64,000 bases of DNA from Verrucomicrobiota bacterium (GTDB lineage Bacteria > Verrucomicrobiota > Verrucomicrobiia > JABWAM01), in contig JAHFSY010000006.1 in NCBI GenBank assembly GCA_023269615.1, positions 11,033 through 75,032 of the forward strand, in the 5' to 3' direction. Position 1 is the first letter of the stretch. Every line of letters begins with the position of its first letter. The notes beneath the pieces were generated by a model that saw only the letters and a program-made list of their open reading frames with translations, was not told the DNA's origin and did not search any database. Of this stretch, positions 1 to 9,710 are shown one piece after another. The position numbers and the translations under genes are program-made.

Positions 1-2
1 CG

Positions 3-875
3 CCGCGGGTGGCGTGGCGCGCGGCGCAGTGGATTTTTGCTGTTGGACTTCTCGGCCTGCCGTTCGCGCAACTGGTCACGATCCTGTTTTATGAAACAAC
101 GCTTTCCGATGGCACAGGGATCGAGCATGTGCTCGCTGAAAAATATCCGCGCATGATGAATGCCCATCTCGTCCGCGCGGGCCAGACACCAATGACCGTG
201 GATGCCTTGGGTGACACGGAGCGGTTGCGCACGGTGAGCCGTCAGATCATGGACCGGAAGTTGCTGCAGCGGGACCTCGTGCTGACGGGTTCATGCCTTT
301 CGCAGACGGGGTCAAGCCTGCCGAACGATCTCTATTTTTTTGCGAACGGCCCCGCAGCGTCGAAGCCCGTGTTCGGAACGCGTGGCGTGGCGATGGCGGA
401 GCATCCCTCGCTGCTACTTGACGTCGTGATGGGTTCGGGTTCGATCTATCCGATCTTTCCGTCACGCAGGCTTCCGGATTTTCCAGCAGCGGGCGCGAGC
501 GCGGAACTGGTGGATGGCGGTTTTGCGCACAACAGCCCGATCGAGGCGGCGATCCTGTGGGGGGCCACGCACATCGTTTTGATTGAAGCCTCTCCCGAGG
601 AACGTGGGCACACGGGGAATTTCCTCGAAAACATTTCCGAGGCGTTCAATCATCTTTACAGCCAGGCGCAGCTCACGGATGCCCATTCGCGCGGGCGCGT
701 GAGCATCTTTACTCTCGCCCCCAGCGCGCCGCACCTGTGCGTGATTGATTTTGCGGACAATCTGGTGGCCGCCTCGATTGAGAAAGGGTACGCGGAGGCG
801 GGAGGGGGGACATTCGCTCAACAGCCACATTTTCGAAAAGAATTAGGTGAACCTGTATTCTGGGAAGTGAAGTGA
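3..875 (+). CDS. patatin-like phospholipase, C-terminal part (5' end outside window)
   Basis: ORF is open to the window edge. VDGGFAHNSP block resembles the catalytic Asp (DGA/G) motif of the patatin fold. The N-terminal GxSxG part is not in the window. Confidence 0.55.
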   Translation, partial: PRVAWRAAQWIFAVGLLGLPFAQLVTILFYETTLSDGTGIEHVLAEKYPRMMNAHLVRAGQTPMTVDALGDTERLRTVSRQIMDRKLLQRDLVLTGSCLSQTGSSLPNDLYFFANGPAASKPVFGTRGVAMAEHPSLLLDVVMGSGSIYPIFPSRRLPDFPAAGASAELVDGGFAHNSPIEAAILWGATHIVLIEASPEERGHTGNFLENISEAFNHLYSQAQLTDAHSRGRVSIFTLAPSAPHLCVIDFADNLVAASIEKGYAEAGGGTFAQQPHFRKELGEPVFWEVK

Positions 876-940
876 CTTCCGGATTCTGGCTCCTGAATCC
901 TGTCTCCTGATCGCTCTTGTCGCGGGGCAGGGAATACGGA

Positions 941-2056
941 ATGTTGGGTGCAATGAATGAAGCCGAAGTAAAAATCCATGACGTCGCTTTTGGCGGCTCG
1001 GGCGTTGGGAAGTTGCCCGATGGCAAGGTTGTCTTTGTGCCCCGCACGCTTACGGGTGAAACGGTGCGCGTGAAGCTCGGGAAATCCCGCAAAGGATTTT
1101 CAGAGGCGGAATTGCTTGGAATTGTTTCACCTTCGCCTCATCGCGTTCCACCTCCCTGTGCTTATTTTGGAGCATGCGGCGGCTGCCAGTACCAGCATGC
1201 GTCGTACGACGAACAGGTTCGGATCAAGGAAAAGCAGGTGCGTGATACGCTCGCGCGAATCGGTGGCTTCAAGGAATTGCCGCCATCTCATTTCGAAGGT
1301 GCCCCGTCCCCATTCGGATATCGAAACAAGATATCCATCCATCGGGGCGAGGGGAGCGAGCTCGGTTTCATTGCGACGGACCATCGCACGGTGGTGGACG
1401 TCGAGAAGTGCCTGATCGCAAACGACTCGGTGAACGCCAAACTGATCACGCTTCGCAAGTCGTCCTACCGCGCCCCTCACGTCACGTTGAGCGATTCATC
1501 GCAGCGCGAAGGAAGTCCTGAGGGCAGTTTTCACCAGGTGAACAGCGCGATGGCGGCGAGGCTGTTGGAATGGGTACGCGGTCAGATCGGGGGTGCGACA
1601 TCCGCCCGGCTGCTCGATCTCTATAGCGGCTCGGGATTTTTCACCCTGGGGCTTGCAGATCTTTTTTCCGGGGTGCTCGGGGTGGACTACGATGCCCGGG
1701 CGATCCATGAGGCAACGGTGAACGCCCAAAAGCGGGGGGTCGCCCCCGCAAAATTTCTCGCGGCCGATGTGGGCGAACGCATCGACCCCCTGCTTGAAGA
1801 CACCTCGTTGGCCGGAGGCGTCATCCTCATTGACCCGCCGCGCGAAGGCCTTCCTCCAGCGGTCACCACCGCATTGTCCGCCAAGGGGAGCGAACGATTG
1901 ATTTATATTTCATGCAATCCCGCCACGCTTGCGCGCGATTTGAAAGGGCTGGCGGGTACGGGCAGCGGGCGGTATTCCTTCAAGGCACTGGGAATTTTTG
2001 ACATGTTTCCCCAGACGGCGCATATTGAGGCGGTGGCCGTGTTGCAACGAAAGTAA
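941..2056 (+). CDS. rlmD: 23S rRNA (uracil-C5)-methyltransferase, RumA/RlmD family
   Basis: TRAM-like N-terminus; Fe-S Cys cluster CAYFGACGGCQYQH; SAM-binding LDLYSGSGFF; ISCNPATLARD and DMFPQTAHIE C-terminal motifs. Track ORF starts at TTG 917; first ATG is at 941. Confidence 0.8.
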   Translation: MLGAMNEAEVKIHDVAFGGSGVGKLPDGKVVFVPRTLTGETVRVKLGKSRKGFSEAELLGIVSPSPHRVPPPCAYFGACGGCQYQHASYDEQVRIKEKQVRDTLARIGGFKELPPSHFEGAPSPFGYRNKISIHRGEGSELGFIATDHRTVVDVEKCLIANDSVNAKLITLRKSSYRAPHVTLSDSSQREGSPEGSFHQVNSAMAARLLEWVRGQIGGATSARLLDLYSGSGFFTLGLADLFSGVLGVDYDARAIHEATVNAQKRGVAPAKFLAADVGERIDPLLEDTSLAGGVILIDPPREGLPPAVTTALSAKGSERLIYISCNPATLARDLKGLAGTGSGRYSFKALGIFDMFPQTAHIEAVAVLQRK

Positions 2057-2061
2057 AACTC

Positions 2062-2979
2062 ATGTGGCATCGACTCATTTGGATCGGCGGCGCGGTCATC
2101 CTGCTGGAGACAGCCACCGCGGTTCGCTCGCAAACGGAGGTGACGTTGGAGGACGTGGTGTGGAACGATGCCCGCCAGAAGGAATTGAGCCGCAGGGGGG
2201 CGGAAGCGCTTTCTTTGGAGGGCATTGAGTGGCATCATGCCCAGACGGAGCATTTTGTCTTTCACTTCACCCAAAAGTGGATGGCTGAACGCGCCTCGTC
2301 GGAGGCGGAGACCTATTACACCCTCATCAAGAAGGATCTCAAGATCGAGGAGGACAAATGGGAGTTGAAAGGTCAGATTTTTATTTTTGAGACAGACGAG
2401 TCATGGAAAAGCTTCGTCGCAAAATCCTCGGTGGACCGCTGGAGCGGCGGAGTCTGCATCGGGAACGAGTTGTTTTTGCGTTCGCCCCCCGCCGCAACCC
2501 CGTTCACCGGCTCGGTGTTGCCGCACGAATTGTCGCACCTTGTGGTGAATCGTTTCGTGAAGGGGCGCATCCCGATCTGGCTCAACGAGGGTTTTGCCGA
2601 ACAGCAGTCCCGCAAGCATTTCACTGCGTACACGCGACCGAAGGGCTACACCTTCCTGCTTCGCCCCAACGTGGTGTCCGAGGAAAATTATTTTCCACTC
2701 GGCGAGCTGACATCGGCCAACGACTATCCGTCCGACGAGGCCCGCGTGCCTCACTTCTATGCCGAGTCGGTGCGGCTGGTGCAGTTCCTCATCGAGGACC
2801 ACCCAAAGCAAAACTTCCTTGAATTCGTTCAACACATGGCCGATGGCATGAAGTTTGAAAATGCGCTCGACCGCGTGTACGGCAACGTGTACCGCAACAT
2901 GGAAATGTTTGAGACTAGGTTCAAGGATGTCGCCATCTCCAAGGTGAAACTGGCAGAGGAGCCATCGGAAAAGAAATGA
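2062..2979 (+). CDS. putative secreted zinc metallopeptidase (peptidase MA-like)
   Basis: Hydrophobic N-terminus. HELSH followed by NEGFAE gives HExxH plus a downstream Glu (gluzincin signature). No closer family recognised. Confidence 0.6.
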   Translation: MWHRLIWIGGAVILLETATAVRSQTEVTLEDVVWNDARQKELSRRGAEALSLEGIEWHHAQTEHFVFHFTQKWMAERASSEAETYYTLIKKDLKIEEDKWELKGQIFIFETDESWKSFVAKSSVDRWSGGVCIGNELFLRSPPAATPFTGSVLPHELSHLVVNRFVKGRIPIWLNEGFAEQQSRKHFTAYTRPKGYTFLLRPNVVSEENYFPLGELTSANDYPSDEARVPHFYAESVRLVQFLIEDHPKQNFLEFVQHMADGMKFENALDRVYGNVYRNMEMFETRFKDVAISKVKLAEEPSEKK

Positions 2980-3569
2980 CCCGCATCGTTTCGATACGGG
3001 AGGATCCGCGCGCTGCAAGCGAGGATGCACTCGAGGCGCTCCAGGGCGGCGGCATCATTTTGTTCCCCACCGAAACGGTTTACGGTCTTGGCGTGGACCC
3101 CGCCAATACCGATGCGGTAAAACATCTTTACGTGTTCAAGGGACGTCCGAAGGAAAAGCCTTTCCAGTGGCTGATTGCCGACGCGAGTCAGGCGCGTGCG
3201 GTGTCGGGCGGATGGGATGAACGCGCTGAAAAACTGGCGCAGGCGTTTTGGCCGGGGCCCTTGACGCTCGTGGTGGCGGTTGAGGGGGAGACGGTGGGCT
3301 GGCGGGTTCCGGATCACGAATGGCTCCATGGCCTGCTTGTGAAGTTTGGTCGCCCGATGATTGCAACCAGCGCGAACCGATCGGGGGAGCCACCCGCAAA
3401 ATCATGCGCGGAAGCGTTTCAACATTTTGGATCCGACCTGGCGCTTGCCGTGGACGGCGGACTGATCAAGAAAGGCGTCGCCTCCACTGTCGTGTCGCTT
3501 GAACCCGGGGAGGTGAAGATTCTTCGGGAAGGGGCGATTTCCGAAGCGTCCATTCGTGGGGCGATCTGA
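2976..3569 (+). CDS. tsaC: L-threonylcarbamoyladenylate synthase (YrdC/TsaC type)
   Basis: ILFPTETVYGLGVDP and IATSANRSGEPP motifs of the YrdC/Sua5 domain. 4-nt overlap with the upstream gene. Confidence 0.8.
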   Translation: MTRIVSIREDPRAASEDALEALQGGGIILFPTETVYGLGVDPANTDAVKHLYVFKGRPKEKPFQWLIADASQARAVSGGWDERAEKLAQAFWPGPLTLVVAVEGETVGWRVPDHEWLHGLLVKFGRPMIATSANRSGEPPAKSCAEAFQHFGSDLALAVDGGLIKKGVASTVVSLEPGEVKILREGAISEASIRGAI

Positions 3570-3605
3570 GGATTGGACAAGGGAGGGGGTCGGCGGTGCC
3601 AACCT

Positions 3606-4916
3606 TCAGCCCATGTGCGCGATGATGTTGTCCCCGAACTCCGAACACTTGATTTCCTTCGCGCCCTCCATCTGGCGGGCAAAATCGTAGGTGACTTTTT
3701 TGGAACCGATCGCGCCGTTCAACCCCTTGATGATGAGGCCGGCCGCCTCGGTCCAGCCCATGTAGCGAAACATCATTTCGCCGGAGAGCACGACGGAGCC
3801 AGGGTTCACCTTGTCCTGATTTGCGTATTTGGGTGCGGTGCCGTGCGTGGCCTCGAAGATGGCGTGGCCGGTGAGGTAATTGATGTTGCCGCCGGGCGCG
3901 ATGCCGATCCCGCCCACCTGCGCGGCAAGCGCGTCGCTCAGGTAATCGCCGTTGAGATTGAGCGTGGCAATCACGTCGAAATCTTCCGGGCGCGTGAGCA
4001 CCTGCTGCAACGTGATGTCGGCGATGGCATCCTTGACAAGAATTCTGCCCTCTTTTTGGGCGGCCTTCATCTCCGAGTTGGCGGCTTCCTCGCCCTTGTC
4101 CCTTTTCGTTTGCTCCCAGATTTTCCACGAATAGGTTTCCTTGCCAAATTCACCATCGGCAAGAGCATAACCCCAGTCGCGGAAGGCGCCCTCGGTGAAC
4201 TTCATGATGTTGCCCTTGTGGACAAGCGTCACCGACCTGCGCTTGTTGGCAATCGCATACTGGATGGCGGAGCGGACGAGACGTTCCGTGCCGGGCTTGC
4301 TGACGGGTTTGAGTCCCACGCCAACCTCGACGGGGGATTGCTTCCCGAAGCGGATTTTTTTGAATTCCTTGGGAAACTCCTTTTCGAAAAACGCGAGCAG
4401 CTTGCCCGCTTCAGCTGAACCGGCGGCATACTCGATGCCGGCGTAAATGTCCTCTGTGTTTTCACGGAAGATCACCATCTCCACCTTCTCGGGGCGCTTC
4501 ACAGGGCTGGGCACACCGGTGAAATACTGGACGGGGCGCAGGCACACGTAGAGGTCAAGCATCTGGCGCAGGGCAACATTCAGGGAGCGGATGCCGCCGC
4601 CGACGGGCGTGGAGAGCGGGCCCTTGATGCCAACAAGAAAATCCTTGAACGCTTCCACGGTGTCATCGGGCAGCCAGTTGTCGAATTTCTCCTTCGCCGT
4701 CCCACCCGCAAACACCTCGAACCACGCGACCTTGCGCTTCCCCGCATAGGCCTTTTTCACCGCGGCATCAAACACGCGCTCGCTGGCGGCCCAGATGTCG
4801 GGCCCCGTGCCGTCACCGCGGATGAACGGGATGATCGGTTTGGCAGGTACGGTCAGTTTTCCATTCTTGATTGAGATCTTTTCGCCAGCAGGTGGTGTGA
4901 CAGTGGTGTACGGCAT
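3606..4916 (-). CDS. icd: NADP-dependent isocitrate dehydrogenase
   Basis: 436 aa. Motifs [33 protein letters not shown] and HGTAPKYA are typical of prokaryotic homodimeric IDH. Confidence 0.9.
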   Translation of the reverse strand: MPYTTVTPPAGEKISIKNGKLTVPAKPIIPFIRGDGTGPDIWAASERVFDAAVKKAYAGKRKVAWFEVFAGGTAKEKFDNWLPDDTVEAFKDFLVGIKGPLSTPVGGGIRSLNVALRQMLDLYVCLRPVQYFTGVPSPVKRPEKVEMVIFRENTEDIYAGIEYAAGSAEAGKLLAFFEKEFPKEFKKIRFGKQSPVEVGVGLKPVSKPGTERLVRSAIQYAIANKRRSVTLVHKGNIMKFTEGAFRDWGYALADGEFGKETYSWKIWEQTKRDKGEEAANSEMKAAQKEGRILVKDAIADITLQQVLTRPEDFDVIATLNLNGDYLSDALAAQVGGIGIAPGGNINYLTGHAIFEATHGTAPKYANQDKVNPGSVVLSGEMMFRYMGWTEAAGLIIKGLNGAIGSKKVTYDFARQMEGAKEIKCSEFGDNIIAHMG

Positions 4917-4950
4917 GGTGGATCAGAGTCGGATGGGTTCGTGTGCGGAT

Positions 4951-5622
4951 TTATTTTTTCATGAAGACGTGGGTTTGGAGCAACCCGGCGATGGAACCGC
5001 CGACGCAGGGACCCACGATGTAGATCCAGAAGTTGGGCCAATACCCGCTGGCCAACGCGGGTCCGAAACTGCGGGCGGGATTGAATGATGCACCTGTCAG
5101 CGGACCGAAGAACATGATGAGCGACGCGAGGCTCAGCCCGATGGCGAGGCCGGCCACATTGCCCGCGGTGCGACCATCCACGGCCGCTCCGAAGATGACG
5201 GTAAAGAAGAGAAACGTACCCATCGCTTCACATAGAAACCCGAGAGCGGGAGTGACGTTGCTTGCCAGAGAGGTGGCGCCAAGGTAGCCGGAGATGGGTC
5301 CCGAGCTGAAGAGCTGCTTCAACATGAACGCTGCCAAAGCCGCACCGATGAGCTGGGCGACGATGTACCCGATGGCATCAATCCAGCCAATCTTGCCGGA
5401 AACCTTCATGGCCACCGTGACGGCTGGGTTGATGTGGATGCCGGAGATGTGACCGAGGGCGTAGATCATGGTGGCGACAGTGAGACCGTGGGCCAGCCCC
5501 ACCGTGACAAGTCCCATGAGGCCAGGCGCGAGAACGCTCTTTTCATTGAGGAGGCAGACCGAGCCCGCCCCGACGAGGATGAGGGCGAAGGTTCCAATCA
5601 GTTCAGCGAGATATTTTTTCAT
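4951..5622 (-). CDS. MIP-family channel (aquaporin/glycerol facilitator)
   Basis: Six hydrophobic segments and two NPA boxes (HINPAVT, SFNPARS). Confidence 0.85.
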   Translation of the reverse strand: MKKYLAELIGTFALILVGAGSVCLLNEKSVLAPGLMGLVTVGLAHGLTVATMIYALGHISGIHINPAVTVAMKVSGKIGWIDAIGYIVAQLIGAALAAFMLKQLFSSGPISGYLGATSLASNVTPALGFLCEAMGTFLFFTVIFGAAVDGRTAGNVAGLAIGLSLASLIMFFGPLTGASFNPARSFGPALASGYWPNFWIYIVGPCVGGSIAGLLQTHVFMKK

Positions 5623-5741
5623 GGTTGAATTTGAAAATGGAGGACTGTTTCATCAAAAATGCCGTCAGGTTGCGGGTTGCAATCGCGGTACAATGCGGTT
5701 AGTAATGAGGTTTGCGCAAGACAAAATCCGATCCGCTTTGA

Positions 5742-6668
5742 ATGATGAGTGCCGAAATTACACTGGAGGTGGAAGGGCAACCCCCGCGAAAACTCCCTGT
5801 TGGTCCGCTTTTTGCGATGGGGAGAGGACTTTCCAACGACTTGGTGGTCAATGACGTCAAGGCGTCGCGCAACCACGCGGTCATCCGACTTCAGGGCGAC
5901 AAAACCTACTACCTCCTCGACCTCGGCAGTTCCAACGGCACGCTCCTCAACGGCCGCCGCGTCACCATCCCCAATGCGCTCAAGAGCGGGGACGAAATCC
6001 TGGTGGGCAACCATCTCATGAAGTTTGTGGACCATGCCAACGACGGCACGGGCGTCCAGGCCGGGCCGGTGGAGGAAATGCGTACCCAGGTGGATTTTTC
6101 CACGGAAACGGTTTCCATCCTTGTCGTGGACATCCGCAACTACACCCCGCTTTCGGAAAAACTCCCCCCCGAATACCTCTCAAAAATTGTCGGCGAGTGG
6201 TTCAAGGAGGTGCAGGTCATCATTGATCGCAATAACGGGAACATTGACAAGTTCATCGGCGACGCCGTAATGGCTTACTGGCTCAAGACGCGCACCGAGG
6301 GCAACCAGAATTACGTGATTGGTGCGCTCAAGTCCGCGATTGAAATGGTGGATCTGGCCGCGAAGTTTCACGAGCGCCTTTCCGCGGACTATCCTGATTT
6401 TGCTTTTCGCATCGGCTGCGGCCTCAACGCCGGCAAGGCCATCACGGGCAATGTTGGTGTGGATGCGCGCAGGGATTTCACTGCGGTCGGCGATTGCGTA
6501 AATGTAGCTTTTCGCATCGAAACGTTGAGCAAGGAGTTGAAACGCTCCATCATCCTCACCGAGGAGGTGGTCAAGGCGGCCGGCGACCAGTTTCAGTTCG
6601 AAGACCTCGGCTCCCACAAACTCAAAGGCAAGTCTCTCGAACAACGCGTCTTCACGGTCAAGGAGTAG
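5742..6668 (+). CDS. FHA domain - class III adenylate/guanylate cyclase
   Basis: FHA core SRNHAVIRLQGDKTYYLLDLGSSNGTLLNG, fused to cyclase catalytic motifs ILVVDIRNYTPLSE, KFIGDAVMAYW and GDCVNVAFRIE. Confidence 0.8.
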   Translation: MMSAEITLEVEGQPPRKLPVGPLFAMGRGLSNDLVVNDVKASRNHAVIRLQGDKTYYLLDLGSSNGTLLNGRRVTIPNALKSGDEILVGNHLMKFVDHANDGTGVQAGPVEEMRTQVDFSTETVSILVVDIRNYTPLSEKLPPEYLSKIVGEWFKEVQVIIDRNNGNIDKFIGDAVMAYWLKTRTEGNQNYVIGALKSAIEMVDLAAKFHERLSADYPDFAFRIGCGLNAGKAITGNVGVDARRDFTAVGDCVNVAFRIETLSKELKRSIILTEEVVKAAGDQFQFEDLGSHKLKGKSLEQRVFTVKE

Positions 6669-6670
6669 GA

Positions 6671-7417
6671 CTACCGGTTCAGAGGATCGAATGCCTTGCC
6701 GCCCCCGCGGATCTTTCCCCACCAGCGCTCCCAGCGTTTGTTCACCGAAAGGCTCGATTGCCAGATTCTCTCGAAGTCTGTCACAGACCACGCGGCAAGC
6801 TGTCCATGCAACGAATCGAGTTCCTTTTGCAACGCCTGCTCGAGTGACGCCGTGGATGCGCCGGCAAGAGCGGGGCCGAATCGCAGGAAAATGTGCGGGC
6901 GATCCTCACGCATGAATTCGTAACGGCAGGCCATGGGAATTGCGGACAGGTCCGCCCGGTGCTCGAGGATCCATTCCAGCCCGCGCCGAAACTTCAACGG
7001 ACGCTCGTGCGCCGATCCCATGCGACCCTGCGGATAAATCCAAAGCACAGGCTGACGTGTGACCGGCTGGGACGGCGCAAGGACCCGCAGCGCCGACCGC
7101 AGGGCCAGCGCCGACCGGCGCGGTGTCCCAAGATCGGCGTCAAACGCCCCCAGCCAGCGCAGGAACGGCGCTTCATCCAGGTTCTTCTTTTCCATCATCA
7201 CGTGGAGATCGAACCCGAAATGCTGCTCCAGCATGAAAGCCACAAAACCATCCCACCAGCCCGAGTGATTGGAAAAGACAACCGCGGGCCCGCGATGAAG
7301 TGCGTTCCGCAGATGTTCCGCCCCATGGGCATCCATCGAAAAAAAGAGCTGTCCCATCCGTCGGCGGATCCACGGACCGCCCACGCTGCGGGTGAAAAGC
7401 GGGGATTTACTGCTCAT
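6671..7417 (-). CDS. lysophospholipid/glycerol-phosphate acyltransferase (PlsC/LPLAT family)
   Basis: HX4D motif NHSGWWDG. ATG 7417 is preferred over the track start 7576 because the extra 53 codons run through a REP-like hairpin and look non-coding. Confidence 0.65.
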   Translation of the reverse strand: MSSKSPLFTRSVGGPWIRRRMGQLFFSMDAHGAEHLRNALHRGPAVVFSNHSGWWDGFVAFMLEQHFGFDLHVMMEKKNLDEAPFLRWLGAFDADLGTPRRSALALRSALRVLAPSQPVTRQPVLWIYPQGRMGSAHERPLKFRRGLEWILEHRADLSAIPMACRYEFMREDRPHIFLRFGPALAGASTASLEQALQKELDSLHGQLAAWSVTDFERIWQSSLSVNKRWERWWGKIRGGGKAFDPLNR

Positions 7418-7492
7418 CCGATGCAGTAAACCCGCAAAGCCAGACGCACGTCGAGCCGCTTTTCTCCCCCAACTGGATCCCCCCTGTTTTTG

Positions 7493-7563
7493 GTAGGAGC
7501 CGCTGTCAGCGGCGACCGGGAGAATGGGGCAATGCGGAGATCGCCGCTGACAGCGGCTCCTAC
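7493..7563. repeat. REP-like hairpin with 23-bp perfect arms (GTAGGAGCCGCTGTCAGCGGCGA ... TCGCCGCTGACAGCGGCTCCTAC)
   Basis: Arms at 7493..7515 and 7541..7563 are exact reverse complements with a 25-nt loop. Lies in a divergent intergenic region. Confidence 0.85.
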
Positions 7564-7651
7564 ACTTCAAACCCAAATGAGCTGCACAGCCATTCCCTCA
7601 TTGACAGACTCCAAAAACAGATGTATCGTACTTTCAGAAAGAACTGAAAGT

Positions 7652-8158
7652 ATGAATACATCCCTCAACGAGGCCAGGTCGCGGTTCCTTCAATGCTGGG
7701 GGGAGATGGGGTCCTGCTGGGGGATCAACAAGACGATGGCCCAGATCCACGCGCTCCTGATGGTCCACGAGGAGCCCCTGAGCACGGACGAGGTGATGCG
7801 CGAGCTCAACATCAGCCGCGGCAACGCGAACATGAACCTCCGCAGCTTGGTGGACTGGGGGCTCGTCCGCCGCAGCTTCAAAAAAGGGGAGCGCCGAGAG
7901 TACTTCCAGAGCGAAAAGGACGTCTGGCGGATGTTCTGCACGATCGCCCGCGAGCGCAAGAAACGCGAGATCGAGCCCGTGATCACCGCCCTCCAGGAAT
8001 GCCTGGCGATCGCGGGACGCGACCGCGACTGCGCCGCCTTCCGCAAACAGGTCGAGTCCATCCTTGAGTTTGTCAAGACCGCCGACCTGATGCTCGGAAA
8101 AATTTCCCAGCAGCAAAAGAGCCGGGTGCTCCCCCTGCTCGTCAGGCTGCTGGGATGA
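7652..8158 (+). CDS. GbsR/MarR-type winged-helix transcriptional regulator
   Basis: INKTMAQIHALLMVHEEPLSTDEVMRELNISRGNANMNLRSLVDWGLVRR followed by GERREYF matches the GbsR-like wHTH pattern. ATG 7652 chosen; the track start 7490 lies inside the hairpin. Confidence 0.7.
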   Translation: MNTSLNEARSRFLQCWGEMGSCWGINKTMAQIHALLMVHEEPLSTDEVMRELNISRGNANMNLRSLVDWGLVRRSFKKGERREYFQSEKDVWRMFCTIARERKKREIEPVITALQECLAIAGRDRDCAAFRKQVESILEFVKTADLMLGKISQQQKSRVLPLLVRLLG

Positions 8159-8172
8159 ACCAAGGAGACATC

Positions 8173-8334
8173 ATGAAACACGCAACCATGCACGACACCA
8201 AGGCCCACACACTGAAGGAAGCCGGGGACGCGATCCGCTTCCCCGTCGAAATCCTCCGCAAGCTCCGGATGCTCACCCACCTCCGCCGCCGCGAGGTGAA
8301 GCGCCTGCGGCGGTGGGCTTTTTTTGACCTCTAA
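8173..8334 (+). CDS. small hypothetical protein (53 aa)
   Basis: Below the track cut-off. AAGGAGA Shine-Dalgarno sits 4 nt upstream of ATG 8173. Translation MKHATMHDTKAHTLKEAGDAIRFPVEILRKLRMLTHLRRREVKRLRRWAFFDL. No family recognised. Confidence 0.35.
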   Translation: MKHATMHDTKAHTLKEAGDAIRFPVEILRKLRMLTHLRRREVKRLRRWAFFDL

Positions 8335-8381
8335 TTTCACAATTTCCTGAAACTTCAATAACAATCAACAAAAGGAAACAT

Positions 8382-8786
8382 ATGGTTACCCCCACGGTCT
8401 GGATGTACATCGCCTACCTCATCATCAGCGTCGGCCTCACCATCTGGGTGGCGAGGACGCTCCACGCGAACGGTCGCATCTTCCTGGTGGATTCGTTCCT
8501 CGGGAACGAGAAGCTGGCTGACTCGGTGAACCACCTCCTCGTGGTGGGGTTCTACCTCATCAACATCGGGTACGTGACGCTGGCGTTAAAATACGGCGGC
8601 AAGTCGGAAGACCTGCAGCAGGTATTCGAGACACTGAGCTCGAAGGTGGGATTCGTGCTGCTGGTGCTGGGCGTCATGCACTTCATGAACCTGCTGATCT
8701 TCTCGAAAATGCGCAAACGCGCGATGCTCCGCAACCAGCCGCCTCCACTGCCGCCTCAGGCCCACTTGGCCGTAAAAACCGCCTGA
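8382..8786 (+). CDS. hypothetical membrane protein (3 TM)
   Basis: Three hydrophobic helices. First gene of a tightly packed operon. Confidence 0.6.
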   Translation: MVTPTVWMYIAYLIISVGLTIWVARTLHANGRIFLVDSFLGNEKLADSVNHLLVVGFYLINIGYVTLALKYGGKSEDLQQVFETLSSKVGFVLLVLGVMHFMNLLIFSKMRKRAMLRNQPPPLPPQAHLAVKTA

Positions 8787-8789
8787 TCC

Positions 8790-9197
8790 ATGAAAACCCT
8801 CTACATCCTCTACGATGCGCAGTGCGGGTTCTGCTCGCACTGCCGTCGATGGCTGGAACAGCAACCGGGTTTTCTGGACCTTCGCTTTCTCCCGCGTGAC
8901 TCGCCCGAGATTGAATGCCGCTTCCCGGGATTTGTTCGCAGCCAGTATCCGGAGGAACTCGTGGTGATCAGCGACGAGGGTGGAATTTACTGGGGCGCCC
9001 ACGCATGGGTGATGGTCCTGTACGCGTTGGTCGAATACCGCGAATGGGCCGTGCGCCTGGCGCGCCCTGCGCTCCTGCCGCTCGCCCGCAAGGTGTGTGA
9101 ACTCATTTCAAAAAAACGCCGCGACCTCTCGTCATTGCTCGGTATGGAGAATGATGCGACCCTTGCGGCGGAAATCCGGAGGAACCATGAATGCTGA
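8790..9197 (+). CDS. thiol-disulfide oxidoreductase DCC family (DUF393)
   Basis: N-terminal YDAQCGFCSHC CxxC block typical of DCC/DUF393. Confidence 0.7.
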   Translation: MKTLYILYDAQCGFCSHCRRWLEQQPGFLDLRFLPRDSPEIECRFPGFVRSQYPEELVVISDEGGIYWGAHAWVMVLYALVEYREWAVRLARPALLPLARKVCELISKKRRDLSSLLGMENDATLAAEIRRNHEC

Positions 9198-9603
9198 AAC
9201 TTCACTGCTGATTGTCGCCGTCGTCCAGATCCTCATCGCCATCGTGAACCTGTTCCTCATTCGCATCCTGAAATGGGGACCGGACCTGGCACGCCTCCCA
9301 CTCCTCATTTACGAAGTGGTTCAGGTCCACAAGTGGTTCATCTCGATCATCCTTGCGATCTTCGCGGTCATGACATGGCGCTTCCGCGCGGAGATGTCCG
9401 CGGGAACCAACGCCGCGTGCGTGTGGCTCGCTGGCTGCATCGGCTGCTTCTGGCTTTTCCGCACATTCCTGCAGGTGTTTTATTACAGCAGCACCCACTG
9501 GCGCGGGCAAACGGGACGCACGCTGATCCACATCGCGTGCCTGCTGGTTTATGGGGGAATGTCAGCCGTGTATCTGGTAACGGCGTGGAAAGGAGTTCGG
9601 TGA
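9187..9603 (+). CDS. hypothetical membrane protein (4 TM)
   Basis: ATG 9187 overlaps the upstream stop by 11 nt. Four hydrophobic segments. Confidence 0.55.
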   Translation: MNAETSLLIVAVVQILIAIVNLFLIRILKWGPDLARLPLLIYEVVQVHKWFISIILAIFAVMTWRFRAEMSAGTNAACVWLAGCIGCFWLFRTFLQVFYYSSTHWRGQTGRTLIHIACLLVYGGMSAVYLVTAWKGVR

Positions 9604-9623
9604 TGAATGTGCGGGAAGGAATG

Positions 9624-9681
9624 CAGGAGTCAGGAGTCAGGAGTCAGAAGGATTTCAGGATCCAGAATTCAGAATCCAGAA
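9624..9681. repeat. tandem heptamer block (CAGGAGT x3, then CAGGAT/CAGAAT-type units)
   Basis: caggagtcaggagtcaggagtcag...ttcaggatccagaattcagaatccagaa, read directly. Intergenic, between 9603 and 9711. Confidence 0.8.
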
Positions 9682-9710
9682 CACCCTCCCTAGATCTGAG
9701 GGCTCGCGAA

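Noticed and set aside
9624-9681. Tandem short repeats considered as a CRISPR array (here and at the other heptamer blocks)
   Set aside because: The units are 7-9 nt with no spacers, far below CRISPR repeat size, and no cas genes are in the window.
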